Shown: piece by piece, positions 34,688 through 43,455 of the stretch
How positions within the stretch are numbered: the first letter of the stretch is position 1
Layout: each line of letters begins with the position of its first letter
From: Spirochaetia bacterium
GTDB lineage: Bacteria; Spirochaetota; Spirochaetia; JAFGXN01
Assembly: GCA_034120015.1 (NCBI GenBank)
Contig: JAXEIF010000007.1
Location: forward strand, 78,988-142,987
Direction of reading: 5' to 3'
Length of the DNA stretch: 64,000 nucleotides
Notes under the pieces: generated by a model
What the model was told of the DNA's origin: nothing
Database searches by the model: none
Seen by the model: the letters and a program-made list of their open reading frames with translations, nothing else
Position numbers and translations under genes: made by a program

Positions 34688-35859
34688 AACGCCTTTCCTT
34701 CGGCCTCAGATTTTGCCCGAACCGGATTCGAATACTGGAGTAAGATTTTTTTATACACTTCCGGATCGCAGTTTCCGTACAGCATGTCGAATTCCGTCTC
34801 ATCCTCATCGGTGTACATCGGTGAAAATCTGTCGGTATAATACATTCTGTCGTAGGACAGATAGTGAAACGGTCCCGGCACCAGATGAGAATGAATAAAA
34901 CGGTCAATTTCCGCCGCAGCCGCTTCGGCATTTTTACCGAACGGCATAAAATCAATCGGCGTTCCGACATGAATATGCACCTCTCCTTTATATCCGGCCA
35001 GTCCCCGCATAATATGATCCAAATCTTCGTTTTTGGATTTACGGTAATTTCCTTCTTTTTCCTCGTAAACCAATGTTTTTGCCATCAGAATAACAGCGGG
35101 ATCACGTTCGTAGGAAACCGACACCGGAACAATTTTGCAGAAATTCAAATATTCCGCCAACGAATATCCCGATTCACGCTGCGATAAATAAAACATTTTG
35201 AGCACAGCAGGATTTGTCAGATGAGAAGCATCTTTCGAACGTCCCTGACGTTGTGCAATCCAAAGACTTCTGTTTTCATCCATCAGCTTTCGGATGTATG
35301 CCGATAATTTCATATACTCTTCGTATTGAGCCCTCATATCAAGTCCGCGGTAAACGATACAACCGCGATTGCATCTTATAAGGGTTTCCACCAGTTTATT
35401 GACAAGCAGATTACTGCCGAATGCAATTTCGGTGGCAGGAAGTCCGTTTTCTATCATGCCTGCTTCGAAAAATGCGGCATCACAAACAATATCCCGATGA
35501 TTGCTCATAAAAATATACCGACCGGCCGGATCGAGATTTTCAAAACCCGAACAGCGAAACGATGATACGGTACGTTTAAGAATTTCCCGAATAACCAGAT
35601 CGTAAATAATTTTTTTCTGAAAATCGGCAATACCTGTTACGGATCGCAAAACTCCCGCCAGCTTTTGAGCCGCTTTACGGCGGACAAAAGACTGTATAAA
35701 AGGATGTCTGTCGGATAAAAAATATGAAGATACCGTCTCCAAAAAAATTCTGTCATCGGCCAGTTTTTTCAGAGCCGAAACCGCCTCTTCATCGGTATAA
35801 GAACGGATATCATCGAAATTAAAGACAGGTTTGGGATGCGCCTTACTGAATAAATGCAT
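34684..35859 (-). CDS. Phospholipid/glycerol acyltransferase (PlsC-superfamily)
   Basis: The acyltransferase block MSNHRDIVCDAAF is present, along with downstream EIAFGSNLL and IAQRQGRSKD motifs. I set the start at the MHLFSK ATG (35859), because the upstream ATG at 35907 would overlap the preceding gene by 41 nt. The start is uncertain. Confidence 0.7.
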   Translation of the reverse strand: MHLFSKAHPKPVFNFDDIRSYTDEEAVSALKKLADDRIFLETVSSYFLSDRHPFIQSFVRRKAAQKLAGVLRSVTGIADFQKKIIYDLVIREILKRTVSSFRCSGFENLDPAGRYIFMSNHRDIVCDAAFFEAGMIENGLPATEIAFGSNLLVNKLVETLIRCNRGCIVYRGLDMRAQYEEYMKLSAYIRKLMDENRSLWIAQRQGRSKDASHLTNPAVLKMFYLSQRESGYSLAEYLNFCKIVPVSVSYERDPAVILMAKTLVYEEKEGNYRKSKNEDLDHIMRGLAGYKGEVHIHVGTPIDFMPFGKNAEAAAAEIDRFIHSHLVPGPFHYLSYDRMYYTDRFSPMYTDEDETEFDMLYGNCDPEVYKKILLQYSNPVRAKSEAEGKAL

Positions 35860-35866
35860 CTTCTGA

Positions 35867-36847
35867 TCAAACTCCGGACAAAAATTTGATATACTGATGA
35901 CGTTCATAAAGTTGCGGATTTGCGGATGATTCCTGAGCCATCAGACCGCAGAAATCGGATATTGTCCGAAACTCTTTTCGGGTCATCCAATCGGTAATGT
36001 CGTTGCAAAAGCGGGTCACGACTTCGGGACCGTTTTTCAGCAATACCGAACACAACTGAACGGTTCGAGCACCGGCCAAAATCATTTTAACGGTTTCGGC
36101 AAAAGTATGAATACCGGTTGTCGCCGAAAAATCGACATTCAGTTCTTTTGACATCAATGCAATCCATCGCAAACTCTGCAAATATTCATTCGAAGACGAC
36201 AGAGCATCGGCTGATGTCAGTGTCATCCGTTCGATATCAAAATCGATATTATAATAACGATTGAATAAAACAAGCCCCTTAATACCGGTTTCGGAAGCTT
36301 CCTTAAGAAAATGTGCCATTCCCGTAAAATAACTTCCCAGCTTAACGGAAACAGGTATTGAAACGGTCCGGGCAATTTTGGACAAAATACGTAAATACTG
36401 TGTTTCGATATCGGATGAAGTATCCTTTGCATCGGCCGGCATGACAAAAAGATTCAGTTCCAAGGCATCGGCACCGAGATTTTCGAGTCTTTTGGCATAA
36501 TCATACCAGTTACCGTTTCTCAGACAGTTGAGGCTCGCAATCACGGGAACAGTCAGTTCTTTTTTGGCCGACTCAAGCAACGTCAGGTAATCGTCCAGAA
36601 TGCGGTTTTTCGTATAACCGGAAAAATATAAATCGGCATCGGCAAAACTGCCGGTGTTGAGATTGGCAGTCGAAACAGCGGTTTCCTCTTCTATCTGTTC
36701 TTCAAAAACCGACTTCAGAACAACGGCTCCGATACCGGCTGCCTCCAATTCCTTCATACGAGCGACATCCGCCGTCAGAGGCGACGATGCGGAAATCAAA
36801 GGACTGTTGAGATTCAGTCCCAAATAAGAGCATGATAACTGACTCAT
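35867..36847 (-). CDS. Dihydroorotate dehydrogenase-like TIM-barrel flavoprotein
   Basis: The N-terminus reads YLGLNLNSPLISASSPLTADVARMKELEAAGIGAVVLKSVF and the rest has a class-1 DHOD-like beta/alpha pattern. I cannot confirm the true substrate. Confidence 0.7.
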   Translation of the reverse strand: MSQLSCSYLGLNLNSPLISASSPLTADVARMKELEAAGIGAVVLKSVFEEQIEEETAVSTANLNTGSFADADLYFSGYTKNRILDDYLTLLESAKKELTVPVIASLNCLRNGNWYDYAKRLENLGADALELNLFVMPADAKDTSSDIETQYLRILSKIARTVSIPVSVKLGSYFTGMAHFLKEASETGIKGLVLFNRYYNIDFDIERMTLTSADALSSSNEYLQSLRWIALMSKELNVDFSATTGIHTFAETVKMILAGARTVQLCSVLLKNGPEVVTRFCNDITDWMTRKEFRTISDFCGLMAQESSANPQLYERHQYIKFLSGV

Positions 36848-36914
36848 ATCCTCCCCCTTCTTATTATGATAGAAAGAAGAAAAATAGTCAACTCTCTTTT
36901 TTCCCCGGAAACCA

Positions 36915-36941
36915 ATAAAAAATCCCGCCGAAGCGGGATTT
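36915..36941 (-). terminator. Intrinsic terminator of rpsU
   Basis: On the minus strand, AAAATCCCGC-TTCG-GCGGGATTTTTT starts immediately after the rpsU stop codon. Confidence 0.75.
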
Positions 36942-37151
36942 TCAGTAGGCTTTGCCCTGCTGGCTTTTTCGCAGTTTTTTCAGTTTTTTACGCTGAAGCT
37001 GCTTGTTTTTTCTGTTTTTGATTGTAGAGGGCTTTTCGTAGTATTCGCGTTTTTTCCATTCACGCAAAATGCCTTCTTTTTCGACAACTTTCTTAAAACG
37101 TTTGATCGCTTTCTCGACAGGTTCGTTGTCTTCAACTTTAATATAAGCCAT
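36942..37151 (-). CDS. rpsU: 30S ribosomal protein S21
   Basis: The 69-aa product [42 protein letters not shown] is canonical S21. Confidence 0.95.
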   Translation of the reverse strand: MAYIKVEDNEPVEKAIKRFKKVVEKEGILREWKKREYYEKPSTIKNRKNKQLQRKKLKKLRKSQQGKAY

Positions 37152-37194
37152 ATTCTTTAATCACCACCTTCCCTCTACCGGGCTCGAATAATTT

Positions 37195-37223
37195 CTTTTA
37201 TCAGTTTTCAGAAAAAATGTCAA
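37195..37223 (-). promoter_or_regulatory. Candidate rpsU promoter
   Basis: The minus strand reads TTGACA (37223-37218), a 17-nt spacer, then TAAAAG preceded by TGA, which is extended -10-like. The -35 element starts 3 nt after the zupT stop. Confidence 0.45.
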
Positions 37224-37226
37224 CTG

Positions 37227-38054
37227 TTATCCGAAAAGCAAAAGACTCAATGCCATCACTATCATTCCTGCGACCAGTCCGTAAATCGAATAATGGTGTT
37301 TCCCGTACTTTTCCGCCGTGGGCAGCAGCTCGTCGATGGAAATATAAACCATAATTCCCGCAACGGCCGCAAAAACGACACCGAAAACGGTCGAAACAGC
37401 CGACAGCTGCATGGCAAAAAGGTAGAGCAGACCGAAGCCGATCAATCCTCCGACAGGTTCAGCCAATCCCGACAGCATGGAAAGACCGAAAGCCCGACGC
37501 CGGTTTTTTGTTGCATAATAGACAGGCACCGCAACGGCAATACCTTCGGGAATGTTGTGGATGGCAATCGCCGCAGCAATGGAAAAACCCAACCGCGGAT
37601 CGTGGACGGCACTCATAAATGTCGCCAAACCTTCGGGAAAATTGTGAATCCCGATTGCCAGCGCCGACATCAGTCCCATCCGCAGCAGTTTCCGTTGCGC
37701 CCCGGAATCGGCCTCTTTCACCGGGTCGGAAAAATCCTTCAACTCGTGCGGATTGTCCGCTTCGGGAATCAGTGTATCAATCAGCATAATCAGAGCAATA
37801 CCGGCAAAAAACGACACGACCGTCACCCAAGACGACGTTCCCGCCGAAAAACTTTCTTCGAGCGCCTCTTTCGCTTTCGGAAAGATTTCGATCATCGAGA
37901 CGTAAATCATCACCCCGGCCGAAAAACCGAGCGAAACGGACAAAAACGCAGGGCGCAGCTTTCGGGAAAAGAAAACCGTCGCACCGCCGATACCGGTCGC
38001 CGCCCCAGCTATAAGTGTCAGCAAAAAGGGAATTCCGACAGAAGATATATTCAT
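37227..38054 (-). CDS. zupT: ZIP-family zinc transporter ZupT
   Basis: The product has 8 TM segments and duplicated metal-site motifs, GIHNFPEGLATF and AIHNIPEGIAVA. Confidence 0.9.
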   Translation of the reverse strand: MNISSVGIPFLLTLIAGAATGIGGATVFFSRKLRPAFLSVSLGFSAGVMIYVSMIEIFPKAKEALEESFSAGTSSWVTVVSFFAGIALIMLIDTLIPEADNPHELKDFSDPVKEADSGAQRKLLRMGLMSALAIGIHNFPEGLATFMSAVHDPRLGFSIAAAIAIHNIPEGIAVAVPVYYATKNRRRAFGLSMLSGLAEPVGGLIGFGLLYLFAMQLSAVSTVFGVVFAAVAGIMVYISIDELLPTAEKYGKHHYSIYGLVAGMIVMALSLLLFG

Positions 38055-38098
38055 AAATCGACCTCCGATATCCTTATTTTAATCCGTATTTTTATTTT

Positions 38099-39780
38099 TT
38101 AAAAGAGGAACCGCACCTTTTTCAAAAAAACAGTCACCGTTTCGTTATAAATACCCGGCTTCTGCAATGATCCGCCGTCGGGAAACGAAATCTCGTAATC
38201 GGAAAGCCGAATACCGAGACGCTCTTTCCGAAAAACGGGGATAAATATTTTCGGGATACGGTTACAGCCGGCAAACACAACCAAAATCCGCTCTTTTGCG
38301 TCGGAAACGCAGATTGCTGTCAAAATATCGTCATTCCCGGTTTCCGTAAATTGCTCTTTGCACGCATAGAAATAATAATCGACAGTTTTGATACCGACCG
38401 CATCCCGCAATTTGCACACCATTGGCGGATCGCAAACATCGCCGTCGGTTTTCCACAGCGCGCGACGTCATTCCGAAAATCATTCCCTGCCACGGATTCC
38501 CGCCGTTCTGAAGTATTACACCTCCGACTCCGAACGGGATTCCCGAAAACTCGACCGCAAAACGAACGGGAGACATGAGATCGTAACGAAACGATTCTCC
38601 GAACCCAATACGGTCGAAATACGGGAAATACTCAGTATAATGTAACGCGAGACCTCGCAAAAATCCCGTGTTGGTGTGCAAATCCAAAAGAACGCCCGGA
38701 TTGATACTCTCCATGACCCGTTTCATCCGCTTGACGACGGAGCGATCGAAAGCAACGTCATCCAGATAAAAGTCGTCCAAATCGTCATTTTTCGTCAGAC
38801 AACGCAAACTTTCGATGTAAAATAACCACTTTACCGCGGCCGGCACTGTACCGGTTTTTCGGCGGTGAGGGAGGATAAAGATTCACAAGCGGATCGGAAT
38901 AATCGTCTCCTTTCGGCTCGCAGTAGAGCCCCATTCGGCGGATCCCCACTCAGAAGCTGTCACGGGGAAATCCCCACCGGTAAATTTTTAAACAGGGTAT
39001 CTTAACGGCATTTCCGTGGAGCCCCATAACCATTTCGGGAAATTCCTTTTTCATTTCGTATTGCAAAGTTACGGAAGCATCGGCAAGAAAATCAGATTTG
39101 TGAGCCACACAGTATTCCATATACCCGTCGGCTTCAAGCATACCGCAGCCGCTGACCCGAATCGACTCGGGATAGCCGTTTTCACCGATAACAATGCGGC
39201 GGTTTAATATCATTAACACAATCTTTCTCTTCTTTTTCCTCAACCGCGACAGAGGTAAAAGGCTTAATCATGACAGAATCGTCCGAACCGGGTGTCGAAT
39301 TGAGCCGGCACAGACGCGACATCCGCAATAAATCGCTGTTACCCCGATCCGCAAAAACAGAATCCGTAATTTCCAACGAAACGGGCACGCATCTCTCCGG
39401 AAACCCGTTGACCGAAACCGTCATTTCTCCCCGGCAAACTCCGGCCGCGATTGTTTACGGGACATCGATCCCGATCCAAAACGATTTGATTTCCTGCCTT
39501 ACGACATCAACCCGCTTTTAAAAATAGCGGATGCGGGAATCGACGCCTTCGGTATTGAAACAGGTAAAAGCTGACGCCGGTAAAATTCGGGAACCGTTTC
39601 GAAAATCGGAAAAGCGAAAGCAAATATTGTCCGATCCTTTTTACCGCCGTAAAGAACCGTCTGAAATGTAAAATATTCGTTTTTATCGGCCTTCTTCGAA
39701 AACGAAGCCGAAACCGATCCGTCTATCCACTTAAACAGAAAACTGCTTCTTCATCCGAACCGGATTTCCCCTTTATTCAC
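38099..39780 (-). pseudogene. Decayed gene for a cytoplasmic glycoside-hydrolase-like protein (family tentative)
   Basis: An AAGGAG RBS and a GTG start at 39780 are intact. The reading frame is then broken by in-frame TGA codons at 39753..39751 and 38952..38950. There are also at least four frame changes, because the fragments 39182..39424, 38950..39243, 38331..38846 and 38099..38422 read collinearly in different frames. Concatenated, the peptide reads sensibly (...GLYCEPKGDDYSDPLVNLY...DDFYLDDVAFDRSVVKRMKRVMESINPGVLLDLHTNTGF...FDRIGFGESFRYDLMSPVRFAVEFSGIPFGVGGVILQNGGNPWQGMIFGMTSR...). Confidence 0.6.
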
Positions 39781-39811
39781 AGCAGTCTCCTTAAAGAGAC
39801 CCGTCTTAAAC

Positions 39812-39838
39812 CCGAAGCCGTCCGTCGGGCGGCTTCGG
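39812..39838 (-). terminator. Hairpin terminator at the 3' end of the lipoprotein operon
   Basis: A 9-bp GC-rich stem pairs CCGAAGCCG with CGGCTTCGG around a 9-nt loop, 6 nt after the stop of the 1197-aa gene. The U-tract is weak (GTTTAAG). Confidence 0.5.
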
Positions 39839-39844
39839 ACAATA

Positions 39845-42800
39845 TCATTGTGATTCAAAAGCAGGCTGACGTTCATAACCGACTGCTTCGAAAACAAAAT
39901 CGTCAGCCAACATGGCACAATGCTCTTCGTATCTTCCTGATGATGATTTTGACAATCTTTTTCTCAAGAGCAACCCCCATGTCTGGGTCACGGGATCAGA
40001 CAGATTCGCCGGAACAATTACTTTATCCAATTCAACACGAGTCCATGATCCCCTGTATGGCGTAACTGCTTTTTCTCCGAATTCCGCTCCGTTTTTTCGA
40101 TAAAGAAGTGAGGCGTTCCCTGCCTGCTGAGCCGGGCCTCTGTGTTCGAAAAAAATCCATCCTGATGCCTGGTAATGAATTCCCTTGTGAACAGTGATGT
40201 CCTGATACACATCGGCCTCAATACCGCCAATTTTATAGTTCGTTGTTTTTCCAAACGATGATACCGTATAGTGGTTATAGCCACGGGCGAAATATAGCGA
40301 AAATAATCCGCTGTGAGGAGTCGGCACCTGTAAAGCTTGCGAAGAACCGTTTGACCACGATTTTGCCGATGCCAGAATCACGGCTCCGGGATTCCGCCCG
40401 GGTGACATATTGTTCCCTGTATTTATCCATGCTGAACTCGAAGTATTTCCCCATGCATTGGCATCATAATGTCCTCTCAGAGCGAAATTACTCACAGCTC
40501 CATTTACCGGTGATGAAGAATCGTCCAAAATGCGAATATGACTTCCTGAAAGAGCGGTATTATAGGCACCTATATTTGTTTGTGCAGCTGAATCACCGGT
40601 ATTCACTTTGGTGTTCATCACGGTCCATCCCGTTACAGTATAAAAAATTCCGGTCGGTGTGCTTTCATTATTATATTTTTTCGCATAAGTGGCAATGACA
40701 TCGGTTTCTGCAGTCTCAAATCCAGGATTTTGCAACAGATTCCCGTAATAAGATTCTCCGGGAGGCTGAATATTTATCGCTATAAATTTTTCATCCGAAG
40801 TATTGCCGGCGCTGTCCGAAACCGTAAAGCGGATTTTCTGACGACCGGCTTTATACGTATTGGCTGTCGTTTTTATGTTTATTGTCAAACCGTTGGCCAC
40901 CGTATCTCCTGACAAATCGGAAACGGAAACCTGCTCCCCGTTTACATTTTGTGCGACAAGAATATTTCTCAATGCATCACTGTTTTGATTGGAAGCCCAC
41001 TCCACATTGTAACCGGTATCGATAAAAGCAGAAGGAACGGTTACCTCAGGTTTCGCTGTATCGATAATTTGAATGGTTCTTATATCGTCCGATTCTGCCA
41101 TATTTCCGAGACGATCTGATATTTTGTATTTCAGAGTATATGTACCTGTTTTTCGCCCGTTACACATTCCTGATGAACCCCATATCAGTTGTACCTCTCC
41201 GGAATCCTCAACTCCCGCACCTGAATCTGTTACGGAAATGCCCGCATCATTATAAGTCCCAGTATTGCAGTTAACCTCCTGTGATACCGTCAAATTTCCG
41301 TTCAAAGTAATAACGGGCGGAGTCTGATCCACATACACGGAAGCACTGCCGTAAGAAAGAGATTCGCGGTTAAAACGATCAATCGACCAGACTTTAACAA
41401 TGTATTCTCCGTCACCGGAGGAAGCAACAGTACCGGTATTGAGCTGCGTAGTTGTCTGCTGAAGAAGCGGCGTAGGATTTCCCGATTGAAAAATTTCATA
41501 CCTGTACGATCCCGCATCGGAAACGGTTTCCCATTCCCAGTATAACGATGCAGACTTTGTGTAAATATTGTTATTCGAAGGATTCATCACGCAATCAATG
41601 GTCGAGGATATCTGAGGAACCGGAGGAACAGTCGGAGTGACATCTACAACAAAAGGATAATGAGAAGTGGCGGAGTTCCCCTCTGTATCATATTCGGTCA
41701 CTTCAAGTGTATATTCGCCATCCGATAAATTGAAAGCGCAGAGATATTCCGCTCCTGTATTCGATTGCGATAAAATTTCGTTTTCTCCCTGAAGAAGGCG
41801 AATGTCGAAACGACCGGATCCCGATGATCCTTCCGCCGTCGTAAATGTCCAAAACGGAGTTTGAACTGTCGAATAATTTTTCCCGTCGCCGATATCGACG
41901 AAATCCTTCATGGATACAACAGGAGGAAGAATAGGAAGTATATTACTGGCAACAGCCGATACTTTTACTTTTATTTCGGATCCGGGATTTCCGCCGGAAT
42001 TGCTGACAATCGTTAAAACCGTCTCTACGTTTCTTTCCGTTGAAGATAAAAATGTGAAAACGAGAGAAATATCCGATCCTTTACTGAGCGATTGACCGAC
42101 AAGCGCACCGGCATCAACGGAGATTCCGTCCTGAGTCAAATCATTCAATGATTCCACTATCACAGGAACCGATCCCAGGTTGGAAAAAGTAACAGTTCTG
42201 TCGACAGCCTCATTCAATATTACATTCGGAAAAGACAGCGTATAATCGATTCCTGCCTCTGATGAAACAGAAACACCGGCGCCACTTAACACCAGTGTCG
42301 GCGTATCGATATTCAAAACTATTCCTGACAAAAGCAAACGAAAAATACGGTTATCGGGATCAGCCGAATTGGTCGCCAAGGTCATTGTCGACTCCGAAAC
42401 ACCCTCGGCGTCGGGAGAAAACCGAATCGGTAAATTAAAGGCCGCGTTTCCCGATAAAGACAAAGCAGATTCATCAACAGCAAAAACTTGAGGATTGCTT
42501 AATGCAATTTTGGAAATTTCCAGTCGTCCCGTTGATTCGTTGCGTAAATTCAAAACAATTTCCGATTTACTGCCGATTGTAGTCAGAGGAAAAGAAAGAG
42601 ACGATCCGTTTGAAAGAAGCATCCCGTCTTTATAGACAGAAAGAATCGGCGCCTCGCTCACAATACCGTGTCCGTTTAAAAAAACAGTTTCGGTTTTCCC
42701 GGATCCCATATCAAAAATCAGCTGAGCAGCTTCCAACGATTTGGAAGCCGAAGGAATAAAATAAACTTTATACTCCTTAATCTCATTCAATTCAAGCCGT

Positions 42801-43438
42801 TCGTTAAGAAGTTGATATACAAAAGCCCCCTGCGATTCAATTCTGAGATCCTGAGATCCCGTAAAATAAATTCTGGGCACTGATAATGATGACGCTGAAG
42901 CATTGGCAACACGAATCGTATACGTAGCCGAAGATCCTTTAAAAACCGACCCGAAATCAATCGTCCGATTAACAGGATTGATAATTCTCAAACCGGAAGA
43001 AATAAAATTTTCCGAGGCCGTTTTGGTTAATTTTATTACAATTTTTTTCGTATAAATCCGGACACTCGGTTCATACGAATATGTAAGTGTTATATCAACG
43101 CTTTTTTCAACCGGAGCGCCGACATACCTCACAAACAAGGAAACATTTGATTTTCCCGACGGTATTGCATAAGGGAAATTAATACCGGATTTAAAATCGG
43201 AATCAGTCGAAAAAACAATATTTCTGTCATTACACGTAATACCTCTCACGACAGCCGATAATTTATTATGAATATTACTGATCCCCAAAACACCGGCGTC
43301 CGTTTCATCGGACGAGAGAGTAATTCCCGCATCGGGAATATTTTTTTGATTATATGATAAAATCAAAGACTCCGATAAATCTTTTTCCGTACAACCAATG
43401 GCTAAAATCAGTATTATCAAACCAAATGCTTTTCTCAT
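39845..43438 (-). CDS. Giant surface lipoprotein G (1197 aa): beta-sandwich repeats, FN3-like and Ig-like modules, C-terminal jelly-roll domain
   Basis: The lipobox is LILAIGC, and an AGGAGG RBS precedes the start. There are about five modules of the DFG-x-V...F-x-I-x-N type (for example IDFGSVFKGSSATYTIRVANASASSL), which resemble ASH/choice-of-anchor-D folds. Two W-x-W/FN3-like modules follow (LYWEWETVSDAGSYRYEIF), then a DUF5011-like Ig module (PPVITLNGN...YNDAGISVTD...GTYTLKYKISDRLGN). The last 294 aa run from NPGFE to DDFVFE. Confidence 0.9.
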   Translation of the reverse strand: MRKAFGLIILILAIGCTEKDLSESLILSYNQKNIPDAGITLSSDETDAGVLGISNIHNKLSAVVRGITCNDRNIVFSTDSDFKSGINFPYAIPSGKSNVSLFVRYVGAPVEKSVDITLTYSYEPSVRIYTKKIVIKLTKTASENFISSGLRIINPVNRTIDFGSVFKGSSATYTIRVANASASSLSVPRIYFTGSQDLRIESQGAFVYQLLNERLELNEIKEYKVYFIPSASKSLEAAQLIFDMGSGKTETVFLNGHGIVSEAPILSVYKDGMLLSNGSSLSFPLTTIGSKSEIVLNLRNESTGRLEISKIALSNPQVFAVDESALSLSGNAAFNLPIRFSPDAEGVSESTMTLATNSADPDNRIFRLLLSGIVLNIDTPTLVLSGAGVSVSSEAGIDYTLSFPNVILNEAVDRTVTFSNLGSVPVIVESLNDLTQDGISVDAGALVGQSLSKGSDISLVFTFLSSTERNVETVLTIVSNSGGNPGSEIKVKVSAVASNILPILPPVVSMKDFVDIGDGKNYSTVQTPFWTFTTAEGSSGSGRFDIRLLQGENEILSQSNTGAEYLCAFNLSDGEYTLEVTEYDTEGNSATSHYPFVVDVTPTVPPVPQISSTIDCVMNPSNNNIYTKSASLYWEWETVSDAGSYRYEIFQSGNPTPLLQQTTTQLNTGTVASSGDGEYIVKVWSIDRFNRESLSYGSASVYVDQTPPVITLNGNLTVSQEVNCNTGTYNDAGISVTDSGAGVEDSGEVQLIWGSSGMCNGRKTGTYTLKYKISDRLGNMAESDDIRTIQIIDTAKPEVTVPSAFIDTGYNVEWASNQNSDALRNILVAQNVNGEQVSVSDLSGDTVANGLTINIKTTANTYKAGRQKIRFTVSDSAGNTSDEKFIAINIQPPGESYYGNLLQNPGFETAETDVIATYAKKYNNESTPTGIFYTVTGWTVMNTKVNTGDSAAQTNIGAYNTALSGSHIRILDDSSSPVNGAVSNFALRGHYDANAWGNTSSSAWINTGNNMSPGRNPGAVILASAKSWSNGSSQALQVPTPHSGLFSLYFARGYNHYTVSSFGKTTNYKIGGIEADVYQDITVHKGIHYQASGWIFFEHRGPAQQAGNASLLYRKNGAEFGEKAVTPYRGSWTRVELDKVIVPANLSDPVTQTWGLLLRKRLSKSSSGRYEEHCAMLADDFVFEAVGYERQPAFESQ

Positions 43439-43455
43439 CTCTTTCCTCCTTACTC

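Noticed and set aside
38950-38952. In-frame TGA codons (also 39751..39753) read as selenocysteine or as evidence of an alternative genetic code
   Set aside because: TGA clearly terminates many intact genes in the window (tgt, glyA, lipoproteins D and E). The same gene also carries several frameshifts, and no SECIS-like hairpin follows either TGA. Pseudogenisation is the simpler reading.
39425-39844. The largest ORF-free gap as a possible ncRNA, tRNA or mobile-element scar
   Set aside because: No tRNA-like arms or repeats are present. Manual translation shows the gap holds the 5' portion of the decayed hydrolase-like gene, with its RBS and GTG at 39780, plus the operon terminator.
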